From Deltaproteobacteria bacterium (GTDB lineage Bacteria > Desulfobacterota > Dissulfuribacteria > Dissulfuribacterales > UBA3076): a stretch of 34,014 bases of DNA. The position numbers and the translations under genes were made by a program. The stretch is from the NCBI GenBank assembly GCA_030606515.1, contig JAUWGF010000002.1, positions 1 to 34,014 on the forward strand, written 5' to 3'. The notes beneath the pieces are model-generated. The model was not told where the DNA came from and did not search any database. It was given only the letters and a program-made list of their open reading frames with translations. Positions 24,175 through 33,113 of the stretch are shown one piece after another. How positions within the stretch are numbered: position 1 is the first letter of the stretch; every line of letters begins with the position of its first letter.

Positions 24175-25569
24175 ATGACGGAAAAAAGAGCACCGCTGAT
24201 CATTCCCATGGAAAGCCAAGTGAGGGAACTGGATCCGAAACTTTTGCTTGCCTGTGTTGCCGCCGAACGCGGGTTTACTGTATTCCTGGGTTCGAAAACA
24301 GAAGTGGGACTCCGTATTGCCTCTTTTCCCAGATCCATATATTTAGGCAAGAGCATGACGGCGCGAAGTATCAAGATGTTCAGCATCTTAAAAAGCCTCG
24401 GCCACGATATCATCGTATGGGATGAGGAAGCCCTAGTCCACCATTCCAAGGAACAGTATTACGGGCGGCGGCTCGACCCCAAGACGCTGGAGCAGGTGAG
24501 TGCGTTGCTTGCCTGGGGTCAAGAAAACTATGAGCTGTTCAAGGAATATCCAACGTATTCAGATACGCCGATCTACATCACCGGAAACCCACGTGGAGAT
24601 ATGATGCGCCCTGAAGTTCTTCCCTTTTACGAACCTGAGGCAGAATCGATTCGCAAACGATTCGGTGAGTTCATTTTGATCAACACAAATTTCAGTATGG
24701 TGAATGGCTTTCTCCCTAGCCTGAATCTGCGCAACCCGGGAGCCAAGCCCGATGCCCCGACCCAGGCCGGTACAGCCGCGAGGGGATTAACACCGGAGTT
24801 TGCGGAGGGTTGGGCAAACCACAAGCAGGCCATATTCGAGCATTTTAAACAGCTTATCCCATTACTGAGTAAAGCCTTCCCGGACCATACCATTGTAATT
24901 CGGCCCCATCCGGTGGAAAATCATAATGTGTGGCATCAGCTTGCCGAGCCATACGACAACGTCAAGGTCATCTACCAGGGCAATGTTCTCGCCTGGCTGA
25001 AAGCGGCCAAGGCGGTCATTCACAACGGGTGTACAACAGGAATTGAGGCCTTCATTGTCAAGTTGCCCGCAATTGCTTATCGGCCGGTAACCGCCAAAAT
25101 TTACGATTTAGACCTGCCCAATTCGCTGAGTTATGAATGCTTCGATTTTGAAGAGCTTTGTCAAACCCTCAAAAGGATACTGAGCCGCAAACTCGGCCCT
25201 CCCGATACGATTGAACGACGGCAGCTTATCGATTATTATATATCGGCACTGGACGGTCCTTTAGCCTGCGATCGAATCATCGACGTGATTGAACAGCGTG
25301 AAGCAAGTCTATCCGGGCTGCCATGGCCTGGGTTGAGGTCATATCTGAAAGGCTGGATCAAGGCAAATATTCGCAGTTATAAAAAACGCTATATCAAATC
25401 AAAGCTCTCCGGACACCGCAACAATCCTGATTACTTGAGCCAGCGCTTCCCTGGCGTATCCGTTGATGAAGTCAGGTCTCGAATCAATCGCTTCTTTCGG
25501 AACCTGGACAGATTTAAGGATGTAAAGGCTAATCAGTTTTCTAAGAATATTTTTCAAATCCATATATGA
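24175..25569 (+). CDS. Surface-carbohydrate biosynthesis protein, predicted GT-B-like transferase (paralogue 2)
   Basis: 464 aa. It is collinear with 15659..17029 along the full length (see the blocks listed for that feature). Confidence 0.45.
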   Translation: MTEKRAPLIIPMESQVRELDPKLLLACVAAERGFTVFLGSKTEVGLRIASFPRSIYLGKSMTARSIKMFSILKSLGHDIIVWDEEALVHHSKEQYYGRRLDPKTLEQVSALLAWGQENYELFKEYPTYSDTPIYITGNPRGDMMRPEVLPFYEPEAESIRKRFGEFILINTNFSMVNGFLPSLNLRNPGAKPDAPTQAGTAARGLTPEFAEGWANHKQAIFEHFKQLIPLLSKAFPDHTIVIRPHPVENHNVWHQLAEPYDNVKVIYQGNVLAWLKAAKAVIHNGCTTGIEAFIVKLPAIAYRPVTAKIYDLDLPNSLSYECFDFEELCQTLKRILSRKLGPPDTIERRQLIDYYISALDGPLACDRIIDVIEQREASLSGLPWPGLRSYLKGWIKANIRSYKKRYIKSKLSGHRNNPDYLSQRFPGVSVDEVRSRINRFFRNLDRFKDVKANQFSKNIFQIHI

Positions 25570-25618
25570 TTACACTGCAAAAGCCCTAACCCGGACAAGC
25601 CGGAACCAAGAAATATTT

Positions 25619-25689
25619 GCCACCAAGGCACAAAGACACGAAGGATTTTATTTTGTTATTCTTTCTCAGTGTCTTGGTGCCTTTGTGGC
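25619..25689. repeat. Imperfect 21-bp inverted repeat element between convergent genes (REP/MITE-like; possible bidirectional terminator)
   Basis: GCCACCAAGGCACAAAGACAC (25619-25639) pairs with GTGTCTTGGTGCCTTTGTGGC (25669-25689), 19/21 complementary, around a 29-nt AT-rich spacer. It would translate as FATKAQRHEG...LGAFVA, a peptide-like pattern I recall from short repeats that litter some deltaproteobacterial-type genomes. Confidence 0.5.
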
Positions 25690-25715
25690 GAGAAGAAAAA
25701 ATCTGCCTGACTCCA

Positions 25716-26555
25716 TCACAGTCTGTGCTTGAGTGTATGACGTCTTATGCGCTGACTTTTCCTGAGTATTGAGTGCCAAAGCGGAATTTTTCTCCTTCCA
25801 GTATGATATATGGAATTATAGACCTTCCAAAAACGCCACATATCCTGCCTGGTTATGTATTGGGCCGAGGAAAAGTGCAGTTGGGCAAGGTCCTTTACCT
25901 GCCATCTCCAGGACAGTCTCCTGTGACGTTTCACACGCTGGAGATCTATGAGGGTCAGGGGGAGGCCGTCCTGTTCTGAGCCGCACAGAAAGTGGCAAAG
26001 GTATAGATCCTGGTGGTGCAGTCCCGCTGAGTGCATCCTCCCCACGATATCCGCCACATCTTTAATTATTTTCCGCTTTGCCGGAATGGCTTGTGTGTTT
26101 CTATGAGACCCTTTTCCAAAATTCCTTTCTGCCCACTCACTGAGTCTCATCACATGACTTACACCCTCAGAAAGGACCAAAGAAGGCCCACCATCCTGCC
26201 CCCAGGCTACTGGAACAGGCCCTGGAAGGCCAAGCTGCATGAAGGTCCACATGGCATGCCATTCCTGTCCAGCACCAGGAGCCGGACGCTTTAGTCTGAG
26301 ATATGCCTTTAACCCGTCCCGTACTGTAGGAGGTACATAGCGTTTAAGGAAAAAAGACTTTTTTTCTCCGCTCTCTGTTTCGAGATCAAGTCGAACAGTA
26401 TTTCGTTCTTTAATAGCACACTTTGCCACCGCGTGTCCCGGGTGTGACATCAACGCCTTAAAAGTCGTGAGATCATGGGACTCAAGGAGCGGGAGAAACG
26501 CCCTGTTGACTTCAAGCCTGCCTCCATCTAACGACGTAATCCTCGAGTCATCCAT
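25716..26555 (-). CDS. Lipopolysaccharide kinase (Kdo/WaaP/InaA) family protein
   Basis: 279 aa with an InaA-type catalytic loop (GLHHQDLYLCHFL) followed by TLIDLQRV. Confidence 0.75.
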   Translation of the reverse strand: MDDSRITSLDGGRLEVNRAFLPLLESHDLTTFKALMSHPGHAVAKCAIKERNTVRLDLETESGEKKSFFLKRYVPPTVRDGLKAYLRLKRPAPGAGQEWHAMWTFMQLGLPGPVPVAWGQDGGPSLVLSEGVSHVMRLSEWAERNFGKGSHRNTQAIPAKRKIIKDVADIVGRMHSAGLHHQDLYLCHFLCGSEQDGLPLTLIDLQRVKRHRRLSWRWQVKDLAQLHFSSAQYITRQDMWRFWKVYNSIYHTGRRKIPLWHSILRKSQRIRRHTLKHRL

Positions 26556-26788
26556 GCCGGTAATTCCCCTTCAGGATATTTTTCCATTCACATAACAATG
26601 CTCAGGAGGGTCTATTGGATATAGATATACAATATAAATTATTCTCCAATTGTACCAGTATTACCATGCTCATGTAACCCAACCCCTGTACAAAACAGTC
26701 CAATAATTGCCGCAGTAACGTCTTAATCCATCCGGGTTTCTGCGTTTGGACGGGCAAATTTGAAAACGCGCGGCGAGATAACGATTTC

Positions 26789-26810
26789 GTATTATCCTTG
26801 TATTATCCTT
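26789..26810. promoter_or_regulatory. Perfect tandem 11-bp direct repeat (GTATTATCCTT x2); candidate response-regulator box
   Basis: The two copies are 26789-26799 and 26800-26810. A TAAAGA -10-like hexamer starts 10 nt downstream (26821). The repeat is 116 nt upstream of the GT9 gene ATG (26926). Confidence 0.3.
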
Positions 26811-26925
26811 TTGGGTTTGGTAAAGAATGCGGCGCGTTAAGGGTTCGCTCAAAAATGGGAAGTAATTTTACACGCGCCTCGGGTTGCACCGCACGAAACT
26901 GGTAAAATCACTGTCATCAGAGAAA

Positions 26926-27969
26926 ATGGTGGATGCAAAAATAAAATTTGCAAAGACTATCCTTATCCGGTGCCCGAACTGGGTCGGTGATATCGTCATG
27001 GCGACCCCAGTGTACGACTGTCTCCGTGAAAATTTTCCGAGCGCCAAAATCTTTGCCTGTGTCAGGAAATATGCCCGCGGTATCATTGAAGACGGCCCAT
27101 GGTTTGACGGCATCATTAACTGTAATGACAAGGATTTTTATGGATTTTTCCAGACTGTTAGGGGGATAAGGAAGGTTAAACCGGATATGGCAGTTCTGCT
27201 GCCTAACTCAACTCGTTCCTTCCTGACAGCGAAATCCGGAGGGGCCAGGTTCATATACGGCTATAAGCGCAATCTAAGAAAATTTTTCATGTCCGGTGGC
27301 CCTGCGCCTGTTGTTACGGACGGGGGAATCAAGCCTATGCCCATGGTCGACTACTATCTGGAAATCTGTCGGTATCTGGGCCTCAGAGTATCTGAAGCAC
27401 CGAAACCGCGTCTTTATATTTCCAGCCAAATGCGAGAAAAGGGCAACAGGATCCTGGAGACTTACGGCATTGCCATACAGGACAACGTCATTGGTTTGAA
27501 TCCCGGTGCCAGCTTTGGGTCATCCAAATGCTGGCCACCTGAAAATTTTGCAAAACTGGCTGAAATCATTGAGAAAGAAATTCGGTGTAAAATCATACTG
27601 TTTGCCGGGCCAGGGGAAGAAGAAATCGCTAAAGCCATTGTCGAAAAAAGCAGTGCGAAGATCATTGATACGTCCCTGGACAATATAGATCTGGCACATC
27701 TTAAACCCCTGATCAATCGATGTGATCTTTTGGTCACCAATGATACCGGACCACGGCACTATGCCGTGGCATTTGATGTCCCGGTTGTTGTTTTGATGGG
27801 ACCCACAGACCCGCTCTATACGGCCGCCAATCTGGGGAGTACGATTGTTATCAGGGAAGAAATGGACTGCGCACCCTGCCATAAGAAAACATGTCCCACA
27901 GATCACCGGTGTATGAGAGATATTACTCCTGAAAGGGTATTGGATGGTGTCAGGAAACTGCTAAAATAA
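26926..27969 (+). CDS. GT9 ADP-heptose:LPS heptosyltransferase
   Basis: Motifs ILIRCPNWVGDIVMATPV, LNPGASFGSSKCWPPENF and LVTNDTGPRHYAVAFDVPVVVLMGPTDP. I chose the ATG at 26926 over the TTG at 26884. Confidence 0.8.
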   Translation: MVDAKIKFAKTILIRCPNWVGDIVMATPVYDCLRENFPSAKIFACVRKYARGIIEDGPWFDGIINCNDKDFYGFFQTVRGIRKVKPDMAVLLPNSTRSFLTAKSGGARFIYGYKRNLRKFFMSGGPAPVVTDGGIKPMPMVDYYLEICRYLGLRVSEAPKPRLYISSQMREKGNRILETYGIAIQDNVIGLNPGASFGSSKCWPPENFAKLAEIIEKEIRCKIILFAGPGEEEIAKAIVEKSSAKIIDTSLDNIDLAHLKPLINRCDLLVTNDTGPRHYAVAFDVPVVVLMGPTDPLYTAANLGSTIVIREEMDCAPCHKKTCPTDHRCMRDITPERVLDGVRKLLK

Positions 27970-27986
27970 CGATTCGATGCATACCT

Positions 27987-29474
27987 ATGAAATCTGCTTA
28001 CTATTGGAAAAGATGGACGTCGCTCAAAGAAAAGGCAGATAAAGATCAGCTGAATCACCTTTCCAGGCAGATCGCCCTGTCTTTTCTGGACCACTATTTT
28101 TACAATGACCATCACGAGGAGGAGTATATCCGTCTCCTGTGTGAAATGGCGACATTTTTCGATGATGAGGAATTCAACAAGGCCGGGTCATCTGCTCTTT
28201 TCGGCATTATTGTTGAAGGCCTCTGCGACGACTTCGAAGAACTCCAGACCGAAGCATACAACAAGGTGATGAGTCAGGTCGTTGCTTTCTGCCGAACCTT
28301 ACCTGCCGGCAGGGAACTGGCTGAGCGACTTAATGATTTTGGATTGAAATCCTACACGGATATTCTTGAACGCATTGAATATATTCGCGCGTGCAGCGAT
28401 GAATATCTAGGCATGGAATCTCCGCCTAAAAAGATATTCCTTCTTTCAAGAGTGAGCGTAGGTGCGGATGTCGCCATCACCAGCGTACTGATTCAACGTC
28501 TGACCCTCAGATTCCCGTATGCTGAGATCATCGTCATAGGGGGCAGTAAACTCAAGGATATATTTGGAGGAAATCCCCATATCCGAATAACAGAAGTCGT
28601 TTATTCCCGCCGGGGAAATATGATAGAGCGGTTTTCCATCTGGCTTGCTGTACTGGAGGCGATTCATAAGGAAATTACAGAAGAAGATGCTGAGAATATC
28701 ATCGTGGTCGATCCAGACTCACGGCTCTCGCAACTGGGTGTGCTCCCGCTTGTAAGTGACCATAAGTACCTGTTTTTCAACAGCCGTGGCAAAGATTCAT
28801 ACCCGAAAAAAATGTCTGTTGCCGAACTCACGAATCACTGGCTGGATAATGTGCTGGGAGAGTCGAAATTTTGTTATCCTAATGTTTGGCTTCAAGATTC
28901 GGTACTTGAAAAGGCAGTTCATTTTGCCCTTGCATTGCGAGAGGCTGGATGCCAACAGATTATTGCGATCAATTTGGGTATAGGCGGCAATGCACGAAAA
29001 AGGCTGGAGGATGATTTTGAGGGAAAACTGATTTTGAAACTTTTGAATGAGCCTGATACGGTTATCCTTCTCGATCAAGGATTTGGTGATGAGGAAATTA
29101 CCAGGTCAAGGGCTCTGATTCATAGGGCAGAGAAACAAGGGGTTACGACAACATGTGTCGGATTTGAATGTTTAGAAGATGTCAAAATCTCAAGGGGTAT
29201 TGTGGGTGTCGTAGCCGGGATTGGAGAAATCGCAGCCCTTATTTCCCAATGCGATGAGTTTATCGGTTATGATTCAGCCTGCCAGCATATAGCCGCTTCA
29301 CTGGGTATCCCTACTTATACGGTATTCGCAGGGAGCAACAATTCACGCTTTATCAGGCGCTGGAGTGCCTGTGGTCCATCAAAAAGTGAGATCATCCACG
29401 TTGATACCTTGACGCATCCGCCAATGTTCGATACCGAGGATGTTATTGTCAGGATAACTGATGCTCGGTCGTAG
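27987..29474 (+). CDS. GT9 (heptosyltransferase-like) glycosyltransferase with a ~145-aa N-terminal extension
   Basis: From about residue 150 there are GT9-like blocks: IFLLSRVSVGADVAITSVLIQRL, AINLGIGGNARKR and IGYDSACQHIAASLGIPTYTVFAG. I cannot assign a family to the N-terminal part. Confidence 0.6.
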   Translation: MKSAYYWKRWTSLKEKADKDQLNHLSRQIALSFLDHYFYNDHHEEEYIRLLCEMATFFDDEEFNKAGSSALFGIIVEGLCDDFEELQTEAYNKVMSQVVAFCRTLPAGRELAERLNDFGLKSYTDILERIEYIRACSDEYLGMESPPKKIFLLSRVSVGADVAITSVLIQRLTLRFPYAEIIVIGGSKLKDIFGGNPHIRITEVVYSRRGNMIERFSIWLAVLEAIHKEITEEDAENIIVVDPDSRLSQLGVLPLVSDHKYLFFNSRGKDSYPKKMSVAELTNHWLDNVLGESKFCYPNVWLQDSVLEKAVHFALALREAGCQQIIAINLGIGGNARKRLEDDFEGKLILKLLNEPDTVILLDQGFGDEEITRSRALIHRAEKQGVTTTCVGFECLEDVKISRGIVGVVAGIGEIAALISQCDEFIGYDSACQHIAASLGIPTYTVFAGSNNSRFIRRWSACGPSKSEIIHVDTLTHPPMFDTEDVIVRITDARS

Positions 29475-29540
29475 TGAAATTTTGTTGACATTAGCGTTTT
29501 GCAGACGGACTGGGCCATGGGGTCTCTTTTGGATTAAAAA

Positions 29541-31058
29541 ATGAAAATACTCTTTATTTATCCTAACGCGGGATCCCAGTTGGGCTTCAATTATGGTGTT
29601 GCTCACATATCCGCAGTCCTAAAAAAGGCCGGACATCATGTGGATTTCCGGCAGTTGTGTGAAGACCTTGGCCCGCTACCCACAAAAAATGAATTTGTCA
29701 CAGATCTGAAGGATATGAATCCGGATATCATTGGTTTTTCAGTCGTGACCAACCAGTGGCAGTATGCTGCACAACTCGCTGAATGGATTAGAGAAACGCT
29801 TAATATCCCGCTTGTCTGTGGCGGTATTCATGCAACTATTGCGGCAGAAGAAATTCTTGAAACCGGACTCTTCGACTACGTATTCCTGGGTGAATGCGAA
29901 GATGCCTTTCCCGAATTCGTTGAAAAAATGAACAGGAATGAAGACATTGAACACATCCGCAACATGGGGTTTATTGCCAACGGAAAAGTAAAGATCAATC
30001 CTGTTCGCCCCTTGCCGGACCTTCAAGGTCTGCCTTTTAAAGATTATGACGCCTTTGATTTTCAGAATATCATTGATGCCAAAAACGGATGGGTGGGCGT
30101 TATGGCTTCGCGTGGATGCCCCTTCAAATGCACCTATTGTTTCAATCACCTGATGGTAGAAAAATATCGGGGTGACCTGCAGTGCAGTTTCAAGGATCTG
30201 AAATACATCAGGCATTTTAAAGTAGAACAGGTCATCGATGAGATTGTATTCCTGCAGGAAAACTACAAGAACATCTCCATGTTTATTTTTGATGATGATT
30301 TATTCACATTTAATAGAGATTACGTCGTTGAATTCTGCAAAGCGTATAAAACCGTATCTAATCTGCCCTTTGTCGTTAATGCGCATATTGGTTTTTTTGA
30401 TGAAGACCGTGCATTCCACCTTGCGGATGCCGGATGCAAGATCGTTAAATTCGGTGTTGAAAGCGGCAGCAAGAAAATTCGCAGCAAGATCATGAACCGA
30501 CACATGAGCAATAAGAAGATCATCAAATCCATCAATCTGGTCCGCCGATACAACATGCACAGCTCGGTGTTTATCATGATCGGGCTGCCTTATGAAGACC
30601 GTGACGATGTTATGGATACCATTACTTTTCTAAGTCAGGCAAAACCAGGACGGTTTCGGTGGACGTTCTTTTTCCCGTTTCCCGGAACCGTATCCCACAA
30701 AATGAGCATTGATGGTGGTTATGTAAATGTGAACAAGATGAATTCTCTCCTTAATTTCACAGATTCTTCCGCCCTTGATTTCGGAGAAGAGCACAACCTG
30801 TTTCTTGAAAAGGTCGGTCGTATTATGCCCTGGTTCGTGAATGCCTATGCCGACTTTGAGGCCTCGCCGGTATATCTTGAAAAGGTAGAAAAAATCATTC
30901 AAATGGATCGTTCAGAATGGAAAAAAGTATCTCCTGCCCTGCACGATGAGGACAAGAGACTGACATTACAGTTTCAAGAAAAGAATCAAAGCCACTATGC
31001 CGTGAAATACAATCCATTCATGGGCGTGATCTCCGACTATTTCATGAATGAGAATTAA
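29541..31058 (+). CDS. B12-binding-domain radical SAM protein (class B)
   Basis: The N-terminus is a Rossmann-like B12-binding region (KILFIYPN...DIIGFSV...PLVCGGIH). It is followed by the CX3CX2C cluster motif in ASRGCPFKCTYCFN. Confidence 0.8.
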   Translation: MKILFIYPNAGSQLGFNYGVAHISAVLKKAGHHVDFRQLCEDLGPLPTKNEFVTDLKDMNPDIIGFSVVTNQWQYAAQLAEWIRETLNIPLVCGGIHATIAAEEILETGLFDYVFLGECEDAFPEFVEKMNRNEDIEHIRNMGFIANGKVKINPVRPLPDLQGLPFKDYDAFDFQNIIDAKNGWVGVMASRGCPFKCTYCFNHLMVEKYRGDLQCSFKDLKYIRHFKVEQVIDEIVFLQENYKNISMFIFDDDLFTFNRDYVVEFCKAYKTVSNLPFVVNAHIGFFDEDRAFHLADAGCKIVKFGVESGSKKIRSKIMNRHMSNKKIIKSINLVRRYNMHSSVFIMIGLPYEDRDDVMDTITFLSQAKPGRFRWTFFFPFPGTVSHKMSIDGGYVNVNKMNSLLNFTDSSALDFGEEHNLFLEKVGRIMPWFVNAYADFEASPVYLEKVEKIIQMDRSEWKKVSPALHDEDKRLTLQFQEKNQSHYAVKYNPFMGVISDYFMNEN

Positions 31059-31240
31059 GAGGAGTGTAGGTATCTAATTTAAGTAGCTCTTCTTCCAATT
31101 GAACTCTGTGTTTTTCTAGTTCATCTCCTTCTGCATTTTTTGGAACTCGTATTACTTCACCAAAGTGGACTCTCTCTCCAACAGGCTGAGTGTATCTGAG
31201 ATAGTGATACCGATTAACCAGACTACTCTCCCTTCAAGTC

Positions 31241-31270
31241 TTGCAGAATTCAGGAACCTGCATGTATAGT
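31241..31270 (+). promoter_or_regulatory. Sigma70-like promoter candidate for the tandem-kinase gene
   Basis: TTGCAG (31241-31246), an 18-nt spacer, then TATAGT (31265-31270). It lies about 90 nt upstream of the ATG at 31363, inside a 304-nt AT-rich spacer. Confidence 0.25.
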
Positions 31271-31362
31271 TGATTATGTCTAAGAATTTTTTACGGATGT
31301 TTGAGTTTTTCAGTAAGTTAACGGCTTTAACTGCTGGTAAAGATGGGCTTCAATAAACTACT

Positions 31363-32931
31363 ATGATGAAACAGGCTGTCTTTTCAGAACTCCCCATGCC
31401 CGAAACCTGGGAAATCTGTGACCGGTATTTCGAGCCTGGCACTCTGTGGAGTTCTCAAGACATAGAGATTGTCAAGGAAGCACGAAATCGGAGAGTTTAC
31501 CGAAGCTCGGACCTGTTTATCAAGGTATTCCGCATAGGCTCAGTGGTCAGGAAACTCAGGAACCATGGGAAGAAAGAATGGATCATGGCCCAGTCATTAC
31601 ACAGTCACGGCCTTACAGCTTCTCCGGTGGCATACGGGCGTATAGGCGAATGGAGCTACTTTGTGACAAGAGAAGTGCCTGGACCAACCCTTGCGTCATT
31701 TCTGAATTCAAGTTGGCCAATCCTTAACCACAAGGACAAGGGAAAGGTAATGTACAGCTTTTCCCAGTTTATCGTCGGCCTTTCGCAGGCAGGCCTGTTT
31801 CAACCGGACTTTCATCTCAACAATGTGATGTACAACCAGTGGAAAAACCAATTTTTCCTCATTGATCTCCACAGCGGACATCGGTATTTGAGACCCTTAA
31901 ACCTCAAGGAGCGCGTGGAACAACTCAGCTATATCCTGCCACCCCTATGGGGCAATATCTCACCGAGGGATATGCTGACTTTTGTCTCTATGCTTTCAAA
32001 AGAGTGGCCGGAACTCCGAGATAGATCGCTTCGATACAAAGTGCAGGAAAAGGCCTTTTGGCGCATGCGTCGGCATTGCTCAAAAAGGGGGCTTAGGCGT
32101 GTCAAAAAATCACTGTCAAAGATAAATATCGGCAAAAAGGTCATTTTTTTGTCTGCTGGTACTCCAGAAGAGGTCAGACACCTCTTACATAATATCCTTA
32201 ACGAAACAATGAAGGACAAAAAGACCATTCTCAAGAACTCCAGGCACACACTCTCCCTGTTGGTCAAAGTCGCAGCTACGACTTATTTCCTGAAAATCTA
32301 CAGGAACTCAAGCCACTTCAAGTCGTGCTTGGACCTCTTCAGGACTTCAAGGGCCGAAAGGGCGTGGAACACTTCCTGGAACCTGATTGTGAGGCAAATC
32401 TCCACACCCCTCCCTTTGGCGGCCCTTGACACGAAAAATCCCTGGAACGAGATCTATGGTGCAGTAGTCCATCCACAAATAGGCGCAGGCAAAGAAAACA
32501 TAGAGATGATAAAAAGGACCCTGAAAAATCCTTGCACTGCCCCTGTTTTTCTTTCAAAGCTCTGTGGTTTTGTATGGGAAATGCACGAAAAAGGAGTATT
32601 TCACGGCGACTGCAAAATTACAAACTTCTATTTCGATCCACGGAGTCCCGCGCCCTTTACGGTCTTCGACCTTGATGGGACCAAGATAAAAACACGATTG
32701 TCAGATAATGAAAGGTTGTCAGATCTGGTCAACCTATGTGCCTCTCTTGAGTGGTGGCAAATAAGGGAAAACTTAACTGAAGAAGTGCTCAATCTGTATA
32801 CAAGCAGGCATATTACGTGGCGAGAAGAAAAGCACAGATTGTTGAAAAAGCTGCAAATAAAAGTGCTCCGCCGTCTGGAACGGAAAAAAAACCGTGAAAT
32901 CCAAAAAACAGAAACGTTAGCTGAGAATTAA
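31363..32931 (+). CDS. Tandem-domain lipopolysaccharide kinase (Kdo/WaaP) family protein
   Basis: 522 aa with two kinase-like halves. Half 1 has FIKVFR, QPDFHLNNVMY and FLIDLHSG. Half 2 has YFLKIYR, FHGDCKITNFYF and TVFDLDGT. Confidence 0.65.
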   Translation: MMKQAVFSELPMPETWEICDRYFEPGTLWSSQDIEIVKEARNRRVYRSSDLFIKVFRIGSVVRKLRNHGKKEWIMAQSLHSHGLTASPVAYGRIGEWSYFVTREVPGPTLASFLNSSWPILNHKDKGKVMYSFSQFIVGLSQAGLFQPDFHLNNVMYNQWKNQFFLIDLHSGHRYLRPLNLKERVEQLSYILPPLWGNISPRDMLTFVSMLSKEWPELRDRSLRYKVQEKAFWRMRRHCSKRGLRRVKKSLSKINIGKKVIFLSAGTPEEVRHLLHNILNETMKDKKTILKNSRHTLSLLVKVAATTYFLKIYRNSSHFKSCLDLFRTSRAERAWNTSWNLIVRQISTPLPLAALDTKNPWNEIYGAVVHPQIGAGKENIEMIKRTLKNPCTAPVFLSKLCGFVWEMHEKGVFHGDCKITNFYFDPRSPAPFTVFDLDGTKIKTRLSDNERLSDLVNLCASLEWWQIRENLTEEVLNLYTSRHITWREEKHRLLKKLQIKVLRRLERKKNREIQKTETLAEN

Positions 32932-32951
32932 GCTGGATAAATATGGCCTAT

Positions 32952-32970
32952 ATAGGGCTTACGGCCCTAT
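32952..32970 (+). terminator. Short hairpin downstream of the tandem-kinase gene (weak terminator candidate)
   Basis: ATAGGGC (32952-32958) pairs with GCCCTAT (32964-32970) around a 5-nt loop. The following sequence is A-rich rather than T-rich, so support is weak. Confidence 0.2.
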
Positions 32971-33113
32971 CTAAAAAAGTGGGGGTTGCCTCGCTTGTAA
33001 TGTAACCATCACGCCCTTAATCCTCAGCCTTTTGCCTTTTTCGGAACTTTAGTTTGGTATTACCATTACATAGCGGACGTCCCGGAGAGTTAGTTCAAGA
33101 AGGGGGAAATGAC

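Noticed and set aside
29482-29487. Perfect TTGACA upstream of the radical SAM gene
   Set aside because: No acceptable -10 hexamer lies 16-19 nt downstream, so I did not call a promoter.
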